A DNA stretch of 64,000 nt from Amoebophrya sp. A120 (Eukaryota; Protista; Dinoflagellata): assembly GCA_905178155.1 (NCBI GenBank), contig CAJINV010000005.1:2606054-2670053 (forward strand), given 5' to 3'. Under the pieces are notes generated by a model. It did not search any database. It saw only the letters and a list, made by a program, of their open reading frames with translations, and had not been told where the DNA came from. The translations under genes and the position numbers were made by a program. Shown here piece by piece: positions 13,401-26,255 of the stretch. The first letter of the stretch is position 1. Each line of letters starts with the position of its first letter.

Positions 13401-14563
13401 CGCCGCCACCACCCGGAGGAGGCAGCTCTACTTCCGAACGGAACGAAGGGAAGCCTGGGGGGATGATGGCTTCGCTGAAAAAATCCTTGTTGCAGCAACA
13501 AAGCAAGATGAATGGGACTACTACGGACCAAGCTAAACATGCGAAGAAGAAATCGTCTTCCAAAGACCTTCTCGACGACGACACCTTCGCGATTGAGTCG
13601 TCAGAGGAAGAATCTAGTGCGGACGAAGCAGAAACGAAACCTGGCGCAGCTGCTGGTGTCAACGATTTACACAAGACGAGCAACAGTGCCGCTCCGTCGG
13701 CCCACTCGGCAGCGGTGGCAGCGACGAGTTCATCTTCAGCAGGCGGCGATAGAAACAAGGTCGATGGCGACCTGCTCTCTGCAAGTTCGCCTACTTCCTC
13801 AAGTCTTCAAGCAGGAGCTCCACGCCAGCAACCTTCGCCCGCACCGCCCCCGCCGAGGGAAATCGGCGTGGAGCAGCTAGCCGGGTTTAGGAAGGGGGAT
13901 TTGATTCCGAAGCAGGACCTCGACAAATTACTTCGGTCCTCCCTCGCAAATTCCTTTGAGGTGACAAAATTCCGGAGGCCAGCTGGGGGCATTGGGCTCG
14001 GGGGAGGAGCAGCAGTTGCTGCTGTTCCGGCAGCACCACCACCTGTAGCGGCAGAGCAAGTGCAAGGAACCTCCTCGAGCTCTTCAAAGACCTCGTCCTG
14101 GTGGGAGCGAGCGAAGAAAAACATTCAGGAGTCCACGAAAGCGGCCACGCAAGTCGCTTCCGGAATGATTGCGGGCGACGCCCTGGCGTTTCACGAGCGA
14201 CGGCAGAGGCTGCTGATCCTCACACTGAACTACATGCTCCTCGTGTCCGAAAAGGAGGGAGGGGCTGCACTAGAGGCACATGATCCAACACAGACCTCTA
14301 GTACTTCGGGAGTTGTACTAGAGTCAACTTCTACAACCCCGCCGCGGCGCTACATGGTCGTGCATTCATGTCGTCGGATAAACACGATCCGGCGGTTATC
14401 CTTCGAAGAAGAGAGGCCGAAGAGGTTACAGGTCGAATACAAAAACAAAGCGATCATCAACATCTACCACATCGAGGAGAGTGACAGGTTCATGAAAGTT
14501 CTGCAGTCCCAACTGATGGCCCTGAACATTGGCATGAAGAATGTCGGAAGTGGAAGCACATAA
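10446..14563 (+). CDS. TBC1D23-like protein (TBC domain + rhodanese-like + C-terminal PH-like), ~1,305 aa
   Basis: Exons 10446-11713 and 11914-14563 (GT-AG, phase 2). LFWALLRYHNP resembles TBC LLxYHxP; IQLVDCR, FLCLFG and FPYVLSLEGDF resemble the rhodanese-like domain; C-terminal RLLILTLNYMLLV...IYHIEESDRFMKVLQ is PH-like. Confidence 0.6.
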
Positions 14564-15606
14564 TGAGTGTGAAGGAGCTGAAAAAGAACTATCTGCGGGT
14601 GCATATGACAGACACGAACGACAAAAATAGTTTTTCAAAAGAAACAAAAGACTAGACGCGAGGTTCGAGGAACCAGTACCGTGCTGTCATAGGTAGATGG
14701 AAGTGCAGGTGCAACCGTTTCTTCGAAGTTTTTGAAATTGATGTTCCGGCGTCAATGTCATCTTCGTAAACTTCGTAATCGTTTTGTTTTCAAAGTGTGC
14801 ACATGTCTTCATCAATTAACGAGTTAGAGTGATGTTTTCGAGGGGCGGCGTCCGCCGCGTGCTGTTTCTCTCTGTTCTCTGATGAGAGGAGAGAAGGATT
14901 CGTGTTTCTCGTAAGTGATCACAGTTGCTGTGTGTGAAGAATGAATACTCGTTCTTTGGGCGGTAGTTGTTTGCGCGGAACAGACTCTTCGACAAAAACG
15001 CTTTACTTTTCGCCAACTTCGTTTCACAATTGGGGCAGTGTAGTACTTAGCCGCTCATTTCAGACCGCGAGAGCGATACGTCTTGTAAAAGGAAAAGCTG
15101 TTTTAGTTTTGGTTCGCGGACCGGAACTTAAAATTAGGGACCGCGCCCAAGGAGCTGGAGTGTCGGTCGTGCGGTTGTCACAACTCTCGCAGCGCCTTCG
15201 GTGCTAGGACGACGCGCTTCACCGCTGAAACCGATTCGAAAGACCGGCGCCGCCGCCGAGAGGGTAAACCTCAAGATCGACGGACATCAACAGTAGGCAG
15301 CCTCAACTGGTGCCTCCTTGCCTCATCGTCATCTTGGGGAACAAAGCGAGCTCCTTGTCTGCAGTCGTGGAGCAACGCGGAAGCCATTACACACGAAGTG
15401 CTGCGCGTTGAGAATAAAGCCGCAAGATAGCGTAGCAGGAGCAGTGCCGTGTAGTTCTCCTAGCGATTAGTTGTATCATTACATCGACGTCGCGCTTCTA
15501 TTGCTCCTAGACAGCTTCCACCTCTACACTCCCGAGGTAGAGTTGATCAACGTCTTCCTGCAGCTGCTTTTTCGAGGCGACACCCACCCCGTGGAATCCG
15601 CCCAAC

Positions 15607-18600
15607 ATGGCGACTATGCTGGGGGACTACCCGTTCCCAAAGCGCCAGGACACCATGTTCCTTGACACAATACATCCAAAAGACGTGCCGCTGGGCCATG
15701 TCTACCCGCAAAAGGAGGAAGATTTCTCCTTGAAGACCGACGACATATTCAAGGCGCAGCCCTACTTCCACACCCACAACTTCAGAAATATGAGAAAACC
15801 GGAATGGGGTATAGTTCATACGGTTTTATATGTTTCCTTTGCTTTACAAGTTAGGTGTAGATGATGTATGAAGGTACTAGAGCTTTGCAGAAGAATGACA
15901 AGTTGATGCAGGATCACGTACTACAGGAGCGCGAATCATTTCTATGTCTAAAAAAATCGCATCACAGACCACGGCATGCGAGCAACGACCTGTTACCCAA
16001 ATCCACTACGAAGACCGCGAGATTTGTCACTCACGGTTTACGACATCGAAGGCGCGAGACCCGCAAAAACACAGGTTTGCGTTCTTGCGCATTCATGCAG
16101 CACGACAGGAAATTTCTCTCTTACCGGAATCGCATGCGAAATCGCATGACAACTATCAAAAATTGTTGTTGATTTTTCCTGAATAAAAATGATGCAAAAC
16201 CTCACAGATCTTCAAGGGCCAGAGGCACGTAGACCCATTAGCACCGGTGTACCAACTCCCTTCTTGTCAAATGCAGAAACCGCTTTCGCCAAGTATAATC
16301 CGCTCAGGCGTTACAATCTCAAGCGTTACAATAGAGTCTGAGATTTGTCTTGCATGATGAGCATGATCCAGCCAACTCTCATAGGGTTGCGCATGACAAG
16401 TTCCGGAGCTCCAAACCCCACTACATTCTGTCGAAATTTGTATTGCGAAAGGTGGAACGCTGTGCGAGTCTGTCATGCCCATCATGCAACACAACTTCCA
16501 GATTCTATTGTAACGTTTGAGATTGTAACGTTTGAGCAGGTCATACCAAGGAGATTTAGCGGGAGACATACCAACGACATTTCGGACATCGAGTACACTG
16601 CCCGTGATTTTCTTGGTTTTATTGCTATTTGGTATTCGTATTTGTGATGCTCGTGCTCCAGCTCCTGCTGCTGCTGCTGCTGCATGAAAAGACGTACTTA
16701 GGTCGCACCCAGACTGTGCATGGCAAAAAATTTTGAAGAAACCCACTTATACTAACTCAGGTTGACCAGCAGCAAAATCATCATGCCCGACCGCAATTAC
16801 GTCAGGGATCCGAACGACGCGAGTGACATAGAGTACACCTGTCCCAACTACAAGGGCCGGGTAATTCTCCCGTCTAGGACGAACAGCCATCTATGAAATG
16901 CAAAAGTACTATCGCACTCGTACAAGTATCGCAATCGTGCATGGATATGAAAGACGATTTGTCAAAAATGATAAACCTGCTTTCTAGAAGTACCTGAATT
17001 CGCATGAGAAATTCCAAATCTATGTATTATTGACAAAATGTGTCATGGATGCGGTAGCTCGTACTAGGTAGTGCGATCATGATACTTTCGCAATGCATAC
17101 CATCCGGACCCGCACAACTCGCTCGCGATTGGTGACATTAACGGCCCGAAAAGGAATATGAAAGCCTCAGGTTGGAAATCCTCAAAGTGGAGATAATTTG
17201 TAATGCAAAAAAACGACTCCAGTTGAAGCGCCATTTGTAGTCGGCGCATGACAAATTTCCCGGGCACTCAAAACGTGTCTGTCATGCTAGTTGGGCAAAG
17301 AGCTGCCCTTCTTTCGTGCTAATCAGCAGCCCAAGTCTGAACCCCTAGAAGCACAATAGTCGGCCTCCATGGCGTTCTCTGCAATACAGTCTTTTTGGTG
17401 TCGCATTTCATGCATCACAAATCATTTCCACTTTGAGAATTTCCATTCTGAGGCTTTCATAAGGAAAATTCCGTTTCGGGAAACGAACCCGGTGGACCCC
17501 GAGTATTACGTCTCCCAGGCCACCACCACATATGCATTGCAAAAGTATCGTACGAGTATAAGTTGCATTACAAATTATGCTGATTCACCCTGAGAAAGAG
17601 ATTTGTCATGCATAAACGCAATTACTACGAGTGCGATACTTTTGCACAGGATACCACAAGCCTGTACGCAAATTGGAACGAGGAAACAGGTAATCGTTAT
17701 TGGTGATGTCGCGAAGACTAGATTTGCTTTTGTGATGCGTAGTGGCGGTAACGACGTGCTGCGCAACGTGCATCATAAGTAAATATGTTGTTGTTGTATG
17801 AGATGAACTACGATTTTGGAGGACTGACTACTGCAACACAAGGTCTCTACCACCCACAAGCGCGGCCGAGAACAATAGGAGTCGTTCCGGGAAGCAAACC
17901 GAGGAAACTACAGTGGAGCAACAGCGAGCCACAATTGAGCTTAGTCAAGGAGGATATTGCAGGTATTCGTATTGAATTTGACAAAGCAAGGTAGTAGGTC
18001 CTGGTAATGCACTGCCACAAGTCTCGTCTGGGTCTTTCGTCGTTGTCATGCCGTTCTTGCCAAAGCCACCTAGCAGAGAAATGTATGATAAACGAATTCT
18101 CTTCTAAGGTGCGAACTCGCAGAGGTGGTGCGGCGAGCGACCCATTCACGTCTATGACGATATGACGACAAAACCGCCCATCTTCTTCCACGACCCATTT
18201 GACATCCCGGGGGCACAGGTAACCATGGGACTTGTTGTGCAGGAAGTTGTGATTGCGTGGTTCTTCATTCATTCTTCGTGCAAGGCGAAAAATTGCATAA
18301 AGGTTCCCTTTTGTTTTGCATCAAAGTTCGGTCGACGGTTCTGAAACAAAGCGAAAGCTGGACTCTCTCGAATAATATCGAACAAAACGGGACTTAACAC
18401 ACAGGTAAGCAGTTTGAAAAAGGGTTTGGTCACGAGCCGGTTCACGAATCCCATCACACCCGCCTACACGCTCCTCGACGGAAAGAAGGACGTCCTGCCA
18501 AAATACGTCCCAAGACAGTCCGCGGACGCTAGGCTTCCCGCGACCGGGACCTCCGCACCGTTATCTGCCACAGCAGCCTCCGCGTTGCCGACGCCGCAGG

Positions 18601-18758
18601 GGAAAAGTGCGAGCTTTTCGGCGGACAAGGAAAACATGCCCCCGATGCCCATGCCGGGGAACAACACCAATGTGAACTCGCAGACCATGAAAATGCCTAT
18701 GCCCCCCGCTTCGGGCGGAACCGCGGCACAGCAACTGGGGCAGTTTGTGGACGGTTGA
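15607..18758 (+). CDS. 11-exon protein (~432 aa) with DI(E/P/A)GAxP and NP/DPxxPxY repeats; possibly ciliary/microtubule-associated
   Basis: Exons 15607-15808, 15968-16074, 16208-16293, 16551-16592, 16761-16891, 17105-17156, 17467-17530, 17659-17689, 17843-17962, 18109-18218, 18405-18758 total 1,299 nt in one frame. Repeats include DDIFKAQP, DIEGARP, DIEYTCP, DINGPK, DIAGA, DIPGAQ, DPLAPVY, NPVDPEY, NPITPAY. Six GT-AG introns plus four TIR introns. Function is inferred. Confidence 0.75.
16294..16545. mobile_element. Introner-like TIR element E1 (non-canonical intron), TSD CCAAG
   Basis: ~73-bp arms TATAATCCGCTCAGGCGTTACAATCTCAAGCGTTACAATAGAG vs revcomp TATGACCTGCTCAAACGTTACAATCTCAAACGTTACAATAGAA; CCAAG at 16289-93 and 16546-50; removal gives LSP-RRFSG. 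Confidence 0.9.
16892..17099. mobile_element. Introner-like TIR element E2, TSD CCATC
   Basis: TATGAAATGCAAAAGTA...TACTTTCGCAATGCATA; CCATC at 16887-91 and 17100-04; removal gives TNSH-PDPHNS. Confidence 0.88.
17157..17461. mobile_element. Introner-like TIR element E3, TSD AGGAA
   Basis: TATGAAAGCCTCAG...CTGAGGCTTTCATA with ~60-bp arms; AGGAA at 17152-56 and 17462-66; removal gives GPKR-KIPFRETNP. Confidence 0.9.
17531..17653. mobile_element. Introner-like TIR element E4, TSD CCACA
   Basis: TATGCATTGCAAAAGTATCG...CGATACTTTTGCACAGGATA; CCACA at 17526-30 and 17654-58; removal gives ATTT-SLYANW. Confidence 0.88.
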
Positions 18759-20442
18759 GATCATATGAAATTAGAGAACGGTACTAGGAATGCAGTATCT
18801 GTACGGAAGGAACTACTGCGAAAGCGAAATGTTTCTCAATTAATAGTATAGTGAGATTTATTCAAAATGAACTTTTTACAGTTTCATCCTGTAATTGTGC
18901 AAAAACTTCTATCAAAATGACCTGACCACTGGTGTCACCTGTGAATGTAAATTACCTTTCAAACAATCGCCAATGACCCGTAAAAAGAACTATTCGCTAG
19001 AAGCTCAATTCGTATTTCAGAAGCTTTGAATGATATCCGGTGAAGTTGTTGTGCTACATCGAAGAAACGAACCGACTGTCGAATTCGGGATACACCCCTC
19101 CAGAACTCCTTAATTTTACACCAAAACTAAAGCTATGTGTGTGCTGCAGACGTCGTTGTGACGTAATGCGGGCATGATCGGGGCGTCCGTTTCACTTGTA
19201 GCAGCAGTCCCGAGCAGCAGTCGTGATTACATTGTAGAATCAGACGAGAACTGAACTGTAGCTAAACCTTTGCACCGAACAAATGAACAGCGAATGATAT
19301 TTGTTATGCTAGCTTGATAAGATACGGAACTACCACTACATGCCTCGTAGTTTATCTCCTGACCTGTTGCCTCCTCCTGTATCACACCACTGAAAATTCC
19401 TACTTTCACCGTGCTGTGACAGTGGCGCTCGCGCACTGCATAAAATACCCTTCATCTACTTAACTCGAACTCCTCCTCCTGTGTCTCCGAGGTTTGTTTG
19501 CCGTCCCGCCTGACAGCCTGAAAACTATCCCTGAACCTCCTGCTGGTGAACTCTAAAATAGAAAGATACTAAACTACGGCAGTGTTGCTCACTCCGTACC
19601 GGGTCCCGTGCGAGCAACCGTAGCCAGCGGAGTGGAGAGGGAAACCACTGCTCAGACGTTACCGGAGAAATTTGGTAACGATTGGATCCCGGGAGCGCAC
19701 CCACAGAACTTGCCCATGGACCTGTGAAGAACACGACGGCAGCGATCTCCGATCATTCTCGTCATCACTCCGATCTGAAGTTGCTCTTGTGATCTTTATG
19801 AGTTTACGGCTAAGATTATGCGTTCAAAAAAAAAAAAAAAGAAAGATACTAGACTAAGCCTGCCGCCCACCGTGCTAGGCGCGGCTATCCTGGTGCGCAG
19901 ATCTAAAGTTGAACCTGATGTGATTCTGTTCGAGTTCTTCGTAAGTTTTCGGTATGTCCTTTCACCGTGGTACTCTTGTTCGGTAGCTTGTGTAAGCACC
20001 CCGCTCCGGGATGTTAATCGGTTATCTTACGACCGTTGTTGACAATGCTCTTGCGTTTCGGTTCGGTTTGTGAGTGGAAAATTGATTTTCATCTTCCTCG
20101 GTCTCATCGTTCTGTTGCAAGATGATTGTTTTCTGTGCTGGCTGTAGAGCACCATCTTCATCTATCTTCGGTATATGAGCTGCAGGATGACCCATTAGCT
20201 GTCGCCAACATGTTGTTGATCATTTCTGCCTTCGAAGTCAAATCCAGTTCCAGACCTCCTACAATAGGCTTCTTATGACTAGCATGATAGATTTTGCTTT
20301 ACTAACCTCCTCCTTTTTACGCACCACCCCCTAAAGCACTTCGTGCGCTTCTTGTACTGCGTTTTGAAAGTCAAGCTAGCACCACCTTCTCACCGTGCCT
20401 CGCAATTTTGCTGTATGACAGACCCCCCGACCATCAAGAAAA

Positions 20443-21243
20443 ATGAAGCGCAAGCACTTTACCGCTGACGTGATCCGACCTCAGATTCCCGTCGGCACCC
20501 AGGGCGCCAACGACTACTACAGCAGCGGACCGCTTCCGACCGGCGCCGCCCAGTGCGTCACGTTTGAGCAAGATTTCAACGAGGGTTGTTTGCTCACGAC
20601 TGGGAAACAGCAGTGCAACGTCTTCAGCGACTGCGGCAACGTGGAGCAATTGCGGGCCGGAGTGAACAACCTGAACGTGAACGACGGGAGGAACGCCAAC
20701 AACAACCACGGCCCCCGCACACAATTTTTACAAATTGCCGACCGTGCCGGCCCGAATTCGCATAAGATTTGGGAGCGAAAATTGCCTCCCAGTCACGACT
20801 CGCGGTTCCACCCCTGTGACCAGGACCGGCTGGCGCAGTTGCTGAAAGACCCTTTTCGCACTACGCCAGAGCTGGAGACGTACAAGCGCAGGAAGGAGTC
20901 GGAACAAAGTGTTGGACCATTGTCCTGGCAAGCGCAAATCGTGAATAAGACCAATCGGCGGTATTTCTCGGTTCCAACTGAGAAACTGTTCGAGCAAAAG
21001 TTCGTGGAGGAGTTCAACACGGAAGATCGCGGCATCGTCCCAGCGAAGCAATACAGAGTGAATTTGGTGAAGCGCGACTGGTATAGTACTTCGAATTCCG
21101 GAGACGAGAAAAAAGCAGCATCTTCCCATTTCATCTACTCGTCGAACTATCCACCGGATCCGGTTGTGCCGCCGGTGAGATACGGACTGGGTTTGGTGCC
21201 GCCTGAGGCTGAAGTGAGAAGCAAGTTAAGTTTGGGGGGGTGA
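20443..21243 (+). CDS. Hypothetical protein (266 aa)
   Basis: Single ORF with gene-like C/G-ending codon usage; no family recognised. Confidence 0.65.
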   Translation: MKRKHFTADVIRPQIPVGTQGANDYYSSGPLPTGAAQCVTFEQDFNEGCLLTTGKQQCNVFSDCGNVEQLRAGVNNLNVNDGRNANNNHGPRTQFLQIADRAGPNSHKIWERKLPPSHDSRFHPCDQDRLAQLLKDPFRTTPELETYKRRKESEQSVGPLSWQAQIVNKTNRRYFSVPTEKLFEQKFVEEFNTEDRGIVPAKQYRVNLVKRDWYSTSNSGDEKKAASSHFIYSSNYPPDPVVPPVRYGLGLVPPEAEVRSKLSLGG

Positions 21244-21527
21244 AAGAAGAACAACACCAATACATATCCAAATTGAAGAAACAGAAGGAAGAAAGGAAGG
21301 GCGAGAATAAACTACATCAAGAACAATGTTTGTTTGTACAGGACAGAGTCCGCAGTTTTCGCACAGACCTCCCCTCGTCCCTGTGCGGGAACGAAAATTT
21401 AAGAAGGAAGAAAATCAAAATTTACAAGGGGAGGTCAACAATACAGCAGAAGTAAGCCACACAAGGAAAATCCACCTCGCAGAAATCAAAAGAAAGACAC
21501 GCGCGAAGAAGTTGGCTGTGAAAATAA

Positions 21528-23077
21528 TGCAGAGAGCAACTCACAAGTTCTCCAGTCGTCCCCACTGGATGGTGAAAGACGGCGTCGTTTTGAAACCTGA
21601 TTTGCTGGCTTCTCAACAACCCGAGTGGTCCTCGCAGGGAGGTTTATTACCTCGTAAAGAGCAAAGACCTGCTCAACCAGCCCTCCGACTTTGGCTGAAG
21701 CCGAAGAGCAAAGACGGCAAGACAGAGGAGCAGATCGACTTTCCAATGACCATTCAGGGAAAAAATCTCACGAAGGCGATTCTGCAAGCAGAAGAAAACC
21801 CCGACATCTACCTCGCCGCAGCGGACTACGTGAATGCGTTTTTGCTGAATGTAGGACCTCCTGGTGGAGGTGCGTTAAAAATTACAGCTGTACAGCAAAT
21901 CGACGGCGACGATATCGATTCCATCGTTGAAGATCAAGGCCGTTGGCACGGGAACGGCCACCAGAGGTTTGCGGAAGAGGTTTTGCTACCTTTACCCGGG
22001 AAGTTGAAAAAGCCGGATTATTTCGGGGTAAAGGAAGACGAAGGCGTCGATACCGCTTCAGTTGATGACGAGGAGGAGGAGGGAAGCGACGATGACGAGC
22101 AGGAGGAGGATCCTGACGAAGACTCGCCCGCCGAGCCCAGTAACGAGGACAACGACGAGGATGATGACGCAGCAGGATCGAATCGTCCAGATGACCGACT
22201 TTGTTCTCCCGACATCGCCATTTTCGGCAGTCTAGACCCCCAGGTCGCCGGTAGAGAGATCGCGGTGAAAAACGGTGAGGAGAAAGCGCTGCAGGACTGT
22301 GCGTCAGAGCTTGTGTTGCAGGTGAGGCTAGAAGCAGGGCGGCAGATCATGATAGAAGCCGGTGGAGGTCCTCTTCGTCTTGATGGCTCATCCGCAGTTG
22401 GACCATCTTCTGCGCAGAACCAGTATTTGCAGTGTGTGGAGTCCTCGGAAGACGATGGCGCACAGTTCGTGGAAGAACAGATCCTATTGACCAACGAGTG
22501 GCAGTCCTTCACCGGACGATCTGTATCTCAACCGGATGCGATTGCGACTGCACGGGATGAACTTCCTACCGAGCCGCCTTTAATTTTGCCGCTATGGAAT
22601 CTAGAAGACGAGCTGAATTACAACGTTCACGGCCGACCTGGGTCCGGTCGCTGGAGCCGAAAAAGCAACAGCACTCTTTTTAAAGCCGCGTCAGAGGGAG
22701 CAAATGCAAAGGCAAACACCAGCACGAGAAAACCTCCACAAAGGCCTGCCGACGTCGGTCTGATTCCTCCTGACGGCAAAATACCGGCTGAACAGTTTCG
22801 AACCGAGGAAAGGGAGAGACAAAAAGCGGCAAGAGCAGCTGCTGCTGCCGCGGAAAAAGGACTGGCTGAAAAAAAGCACAATAGTGCGACGGACGGTACT
22901 GAGGAGGAAGAGGAAGAGCCGGCTGATGACGGCGTTGACGAAGTAGACGAATCTGCAAGTGGGGGTGAAGATGCTGATGAAGACCAGGGCGACAACGACG
23001 AAAACGAGCTTGCAAGCGACGAAAATTTAGAGAATGAACAGGAGACAGAGGTGGAATTTGAATTTTTTAGAACTTGA
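21528..23077 (+). CDS. Hypothetical protein with acidic tracts
   Basis: ORF 21326-23077, first in-frame ATG ~21528 (MQRATHKF); D/E-rich segments; start uncertain. Confidence 0.65.
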
Positions 23078-23825
23078 GGTTTTCCCTGTGATGTTCTTTC
23101 TCGTCCCATACATCACTTCATGTTTTTGATTGTTCTTAAACCTACAGTTCAAAGATTCCCGATCCAACAGAAAATAATCGAACCTTTTCCCTCTCTTTTG
23201 GTCGTTTTTGAATTTGAAGATGTTTTTTAAGCGGTAGATCCCGAAATTGACTGAACCGCAGTTGAGCAACAGGGGCACATATTTTTATACCCAAAGAAAG
23301 AGGACGTACTGTTTCGCAAGGCTACTCTAGATCCAAGCACGACAAGACGTGTATTTGTCTCATACCCATGATTTGTTTTTCACAAATGTTAGCTGCGTTT
23401 CGAAGATTTAGATCTGCTCATGTGCTGTGCTCCAGGATCTAAATCTGAATCTAAACGGCGCAGCCAGCGAGGGTCGCATTGTTATCAACGATGTTCTCCT
23501 GCCACTGTGATCGCGCACGGACTGTTGACCACTGCTCAGCAGTAGGCTTGATACGGATCAACCGGAAGATGAAGATTCTTCAGTTCTTCGGAATCCTCTA
23601 AATCTGTCGACAAAACAAACCTGACGAGATAAGAATCAAAATGATCCAGTGAACGCACGATGCTCCTGCTTCGCGATGTGATCCACTAAGCGATCCGCTC
23701 TTTGTTTCCATAATTTTCGCACGATAAGTAAACGAAAACGCTTTTCTTTTTTTTGTCTAATCTCCTTTTCAAACCACCACCATCCAGGGAACAACTTGAG
23801 TTAGTTACGGGTCGTGCTTCACAAG

Positions 23826-24121
23826 ATGGGGCATAAGTCCAACCCGTACAAGAAGGCCCGCTCGGCCTTTCGCTGGAAGGTATGACAGATTTTGATAATA
23901 ATGTTGTTTGTCATGCATAAACCAGCTTAGGCAGCTGCAAAACTTCTTTTTGTAAAACTCAGTTGATAGGTTGGTTCCTGTTTGTCCAGTAGAATTCTAA
24001 AGGCGAATTTATCTGTCTTGCAAAACCCCAATCCAAACTTCGAATCACAATACAGTGGAAGAAGAAGCGCACGCGCCGTTTGCAGAAGAAGAGGAGGAAG
24101 ATGCGTCAGCGCTCCAAGTAA
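23826..24121 (+). CDS. RPL41: Ribosomal protein eL41, copy 1 (39 aa, 2 exons)
   Basis: Exons 23826-23879 and 24056-24121 (GT-AG): MGHKSNPYKKARSAFRWK|WKKKRTRRLQKKRRKMRQRSK*, the eL41 core with an alveolate-type N-terminal extension. Confidence 0.95.
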
Positions 24122-25102
24122 GCGGCTTACCGGTTTGGGATGCAGATCGGGCTTGGATAATTTCCAGACCTGTCCTGGCTCTGCACCGCAAGCACCCGGT
24201 CGTGGACTGATTGAGCAGGAAGCTCCTCCTTCTGTGCCTTCTTGTGACTAACTCCAAGTGACAACAAAAAGAAAAAACTTTAGAACTGCGACAAGTTTCA
24301 CTGTAGTAGCTCTAAAAAAAAAAACAAGAAAGCGGCAGCTTTGAGTACCTGCGGGCATCGAGCGAATCTCGTTTGCTGGTTTCCGAGCTTCGCCAGTGAT
24401 GTTCGACGAAGTTGTTGTAGGAAGGAAATCGTTCTTGGTTCAAATACACACAGTGTTTTTTGCTGCAGATCATCCAACTCAAATCTAGAAATCTAAAATT
24501 CCATGTCTTGATCAACTGGTATTACAGGATGATCTCGCGAAAAACGATCTTAAGTGCAAACAGCTCAGGAGGTAGAAACAGCTAGCAGTACTACCATACC
24601 TTTCATCGTCGATATGTTCGCACAGTCGGTCCGCTTCTAAAGCCGCGATCTTGACGTAGTTCCGATGTGCTGGAAAGAACCCTGCTCGATCTTCCAAAAG
24701 GATAGATTTGAAGATAAAGAAGCAGAACGTCGCTGGAGTTCCTTAAATCTGAAAAATCACGGGTGAGATCCTCCGGCTGAGAACTTGTTCGGACACAAGA
24801 ATCATGATCTCCACGCCGTGCAAGTACTGTCAATTCCGAAGTTGAGGGTCTATTCCTGCCTTCCAAATGAAAATCTAAATCCGCTGTTTCCATCCTTGAC
24901 CTTTCCCCAAAAACCTCCATGGCAACTGTGTGTGTGATCGATTTGTACTATTTGCTACATTATCATCGTGAATTTGCTACGTTATCATTTTCGCTTGTTA
25001 TGCTACTTCTCACGATTAAAAATCGAACAACCATGGCTCATAACTTCGTCCGGTCTGTCCAATCACAGGGTTAAAGGCCGCTGCGGGAAGTCCTCGTCTA
25101 CC

Positions 25103-25415
25103 ATGGGGCATAAGTCGAACCCCTACAAGAAAGCGCGCTCCGCGTTCCGCTGGAAGGTAAAATCGTGTTTCTTTTTTGTTTGTCCGTAAAAACGCCTCAG
25201 TAGCAAAAGCAAAGCTGCACTTTCATCGCATCACCGCCATGATTATAGATACGTAGCTGCTTATCCCCCGTTGTAAAGATGACATTTGTTTTGCAAAATT
25301 CACTGTGCGAAATACTATTGTCAAAATTGAAATTGAAATATCATCACAGTGGAAGAAGAAGCGCACGCGCCGTTTGCAGAAGAAGAGGAGGAAGATGCGT
25401 CAGCGCTCCAAGTAA
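25103..25415 (+). CDS. RPL41: Ribosomal protein eL41, copy 2 (39 aa, 2 exons)
   Basis: Exons 25103-25156 and 25350-25415 (GT-AG); same protein and intron position as copy 1. Confidence 0.95.
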
Positions 25416-26255
25416 ACGACCTGCAAGCGCGGAGGTAGACTGTTCGTCACAAAGACAGCTTGTCATGCTGTGGCTTTTGGTACACAGGTGATCGAACACA
25501 AAATGTTGACGTGTAGACTGAGTTGAGAACAAGCTTCCCAAGGTGAAACCACTTCAATTTTTTATGTTGAAGTCGGATAGCAGCGAATTCGAAGACCGGT
25601 ACCTGGCAGTGCCGCGGGGCGCATGCTCATGCCAATTATCTCTTGCTTGTTCATTTTTTATGAATCACCAGGAGGTGGTCCAACGTCAGTTAAGCGTCCT
25701 GACTACTTGTATTAGAAATTAAGCACTAGATTATAGGGAGCGATACTGAGATGAGAGTGAGAGGCCGGACGACGAGTAGGCGAGCGATGCCGATGCGTCA
25801 TGCACAGGAAGTCACCGACACCGCTGTTGACCTGATGCCATACAATAAATGCGGTCCTGCCCCCTGGGGTTGGCCTCGTCCCTTTTACTGCAGCATGTGG
25901 TGATTGATGTCGCCGATTGATTTCGAGATGAAAATACACCAAAATCCACGTACGATCGCCAGAGCTTCAAAAAAAGCAAAACGCAAATTTTGAAAATATG
26001 TGTTTTGCTCAATAGATTCGGTCTGACGAGATGAAATTCAATGCAGCCCTCCCTTCTTGTTGATGCGTTCCTTCCTGCCTCTTTGTATAGCTCAAATTTA
26101 CAACAACTGCCGTTGTATTTGCGGATCCATTTGTTGACCAGGTGAGTGAGGCATGGTGTTAGCGGAAGCTTGAGAATCAGACCCTGCGTTATTTCAGGTG
26201 CAGGTTTTTACGGATCTTGTGAATAGCCTGTTTTTCTCTCTTCATCGACCAAATC

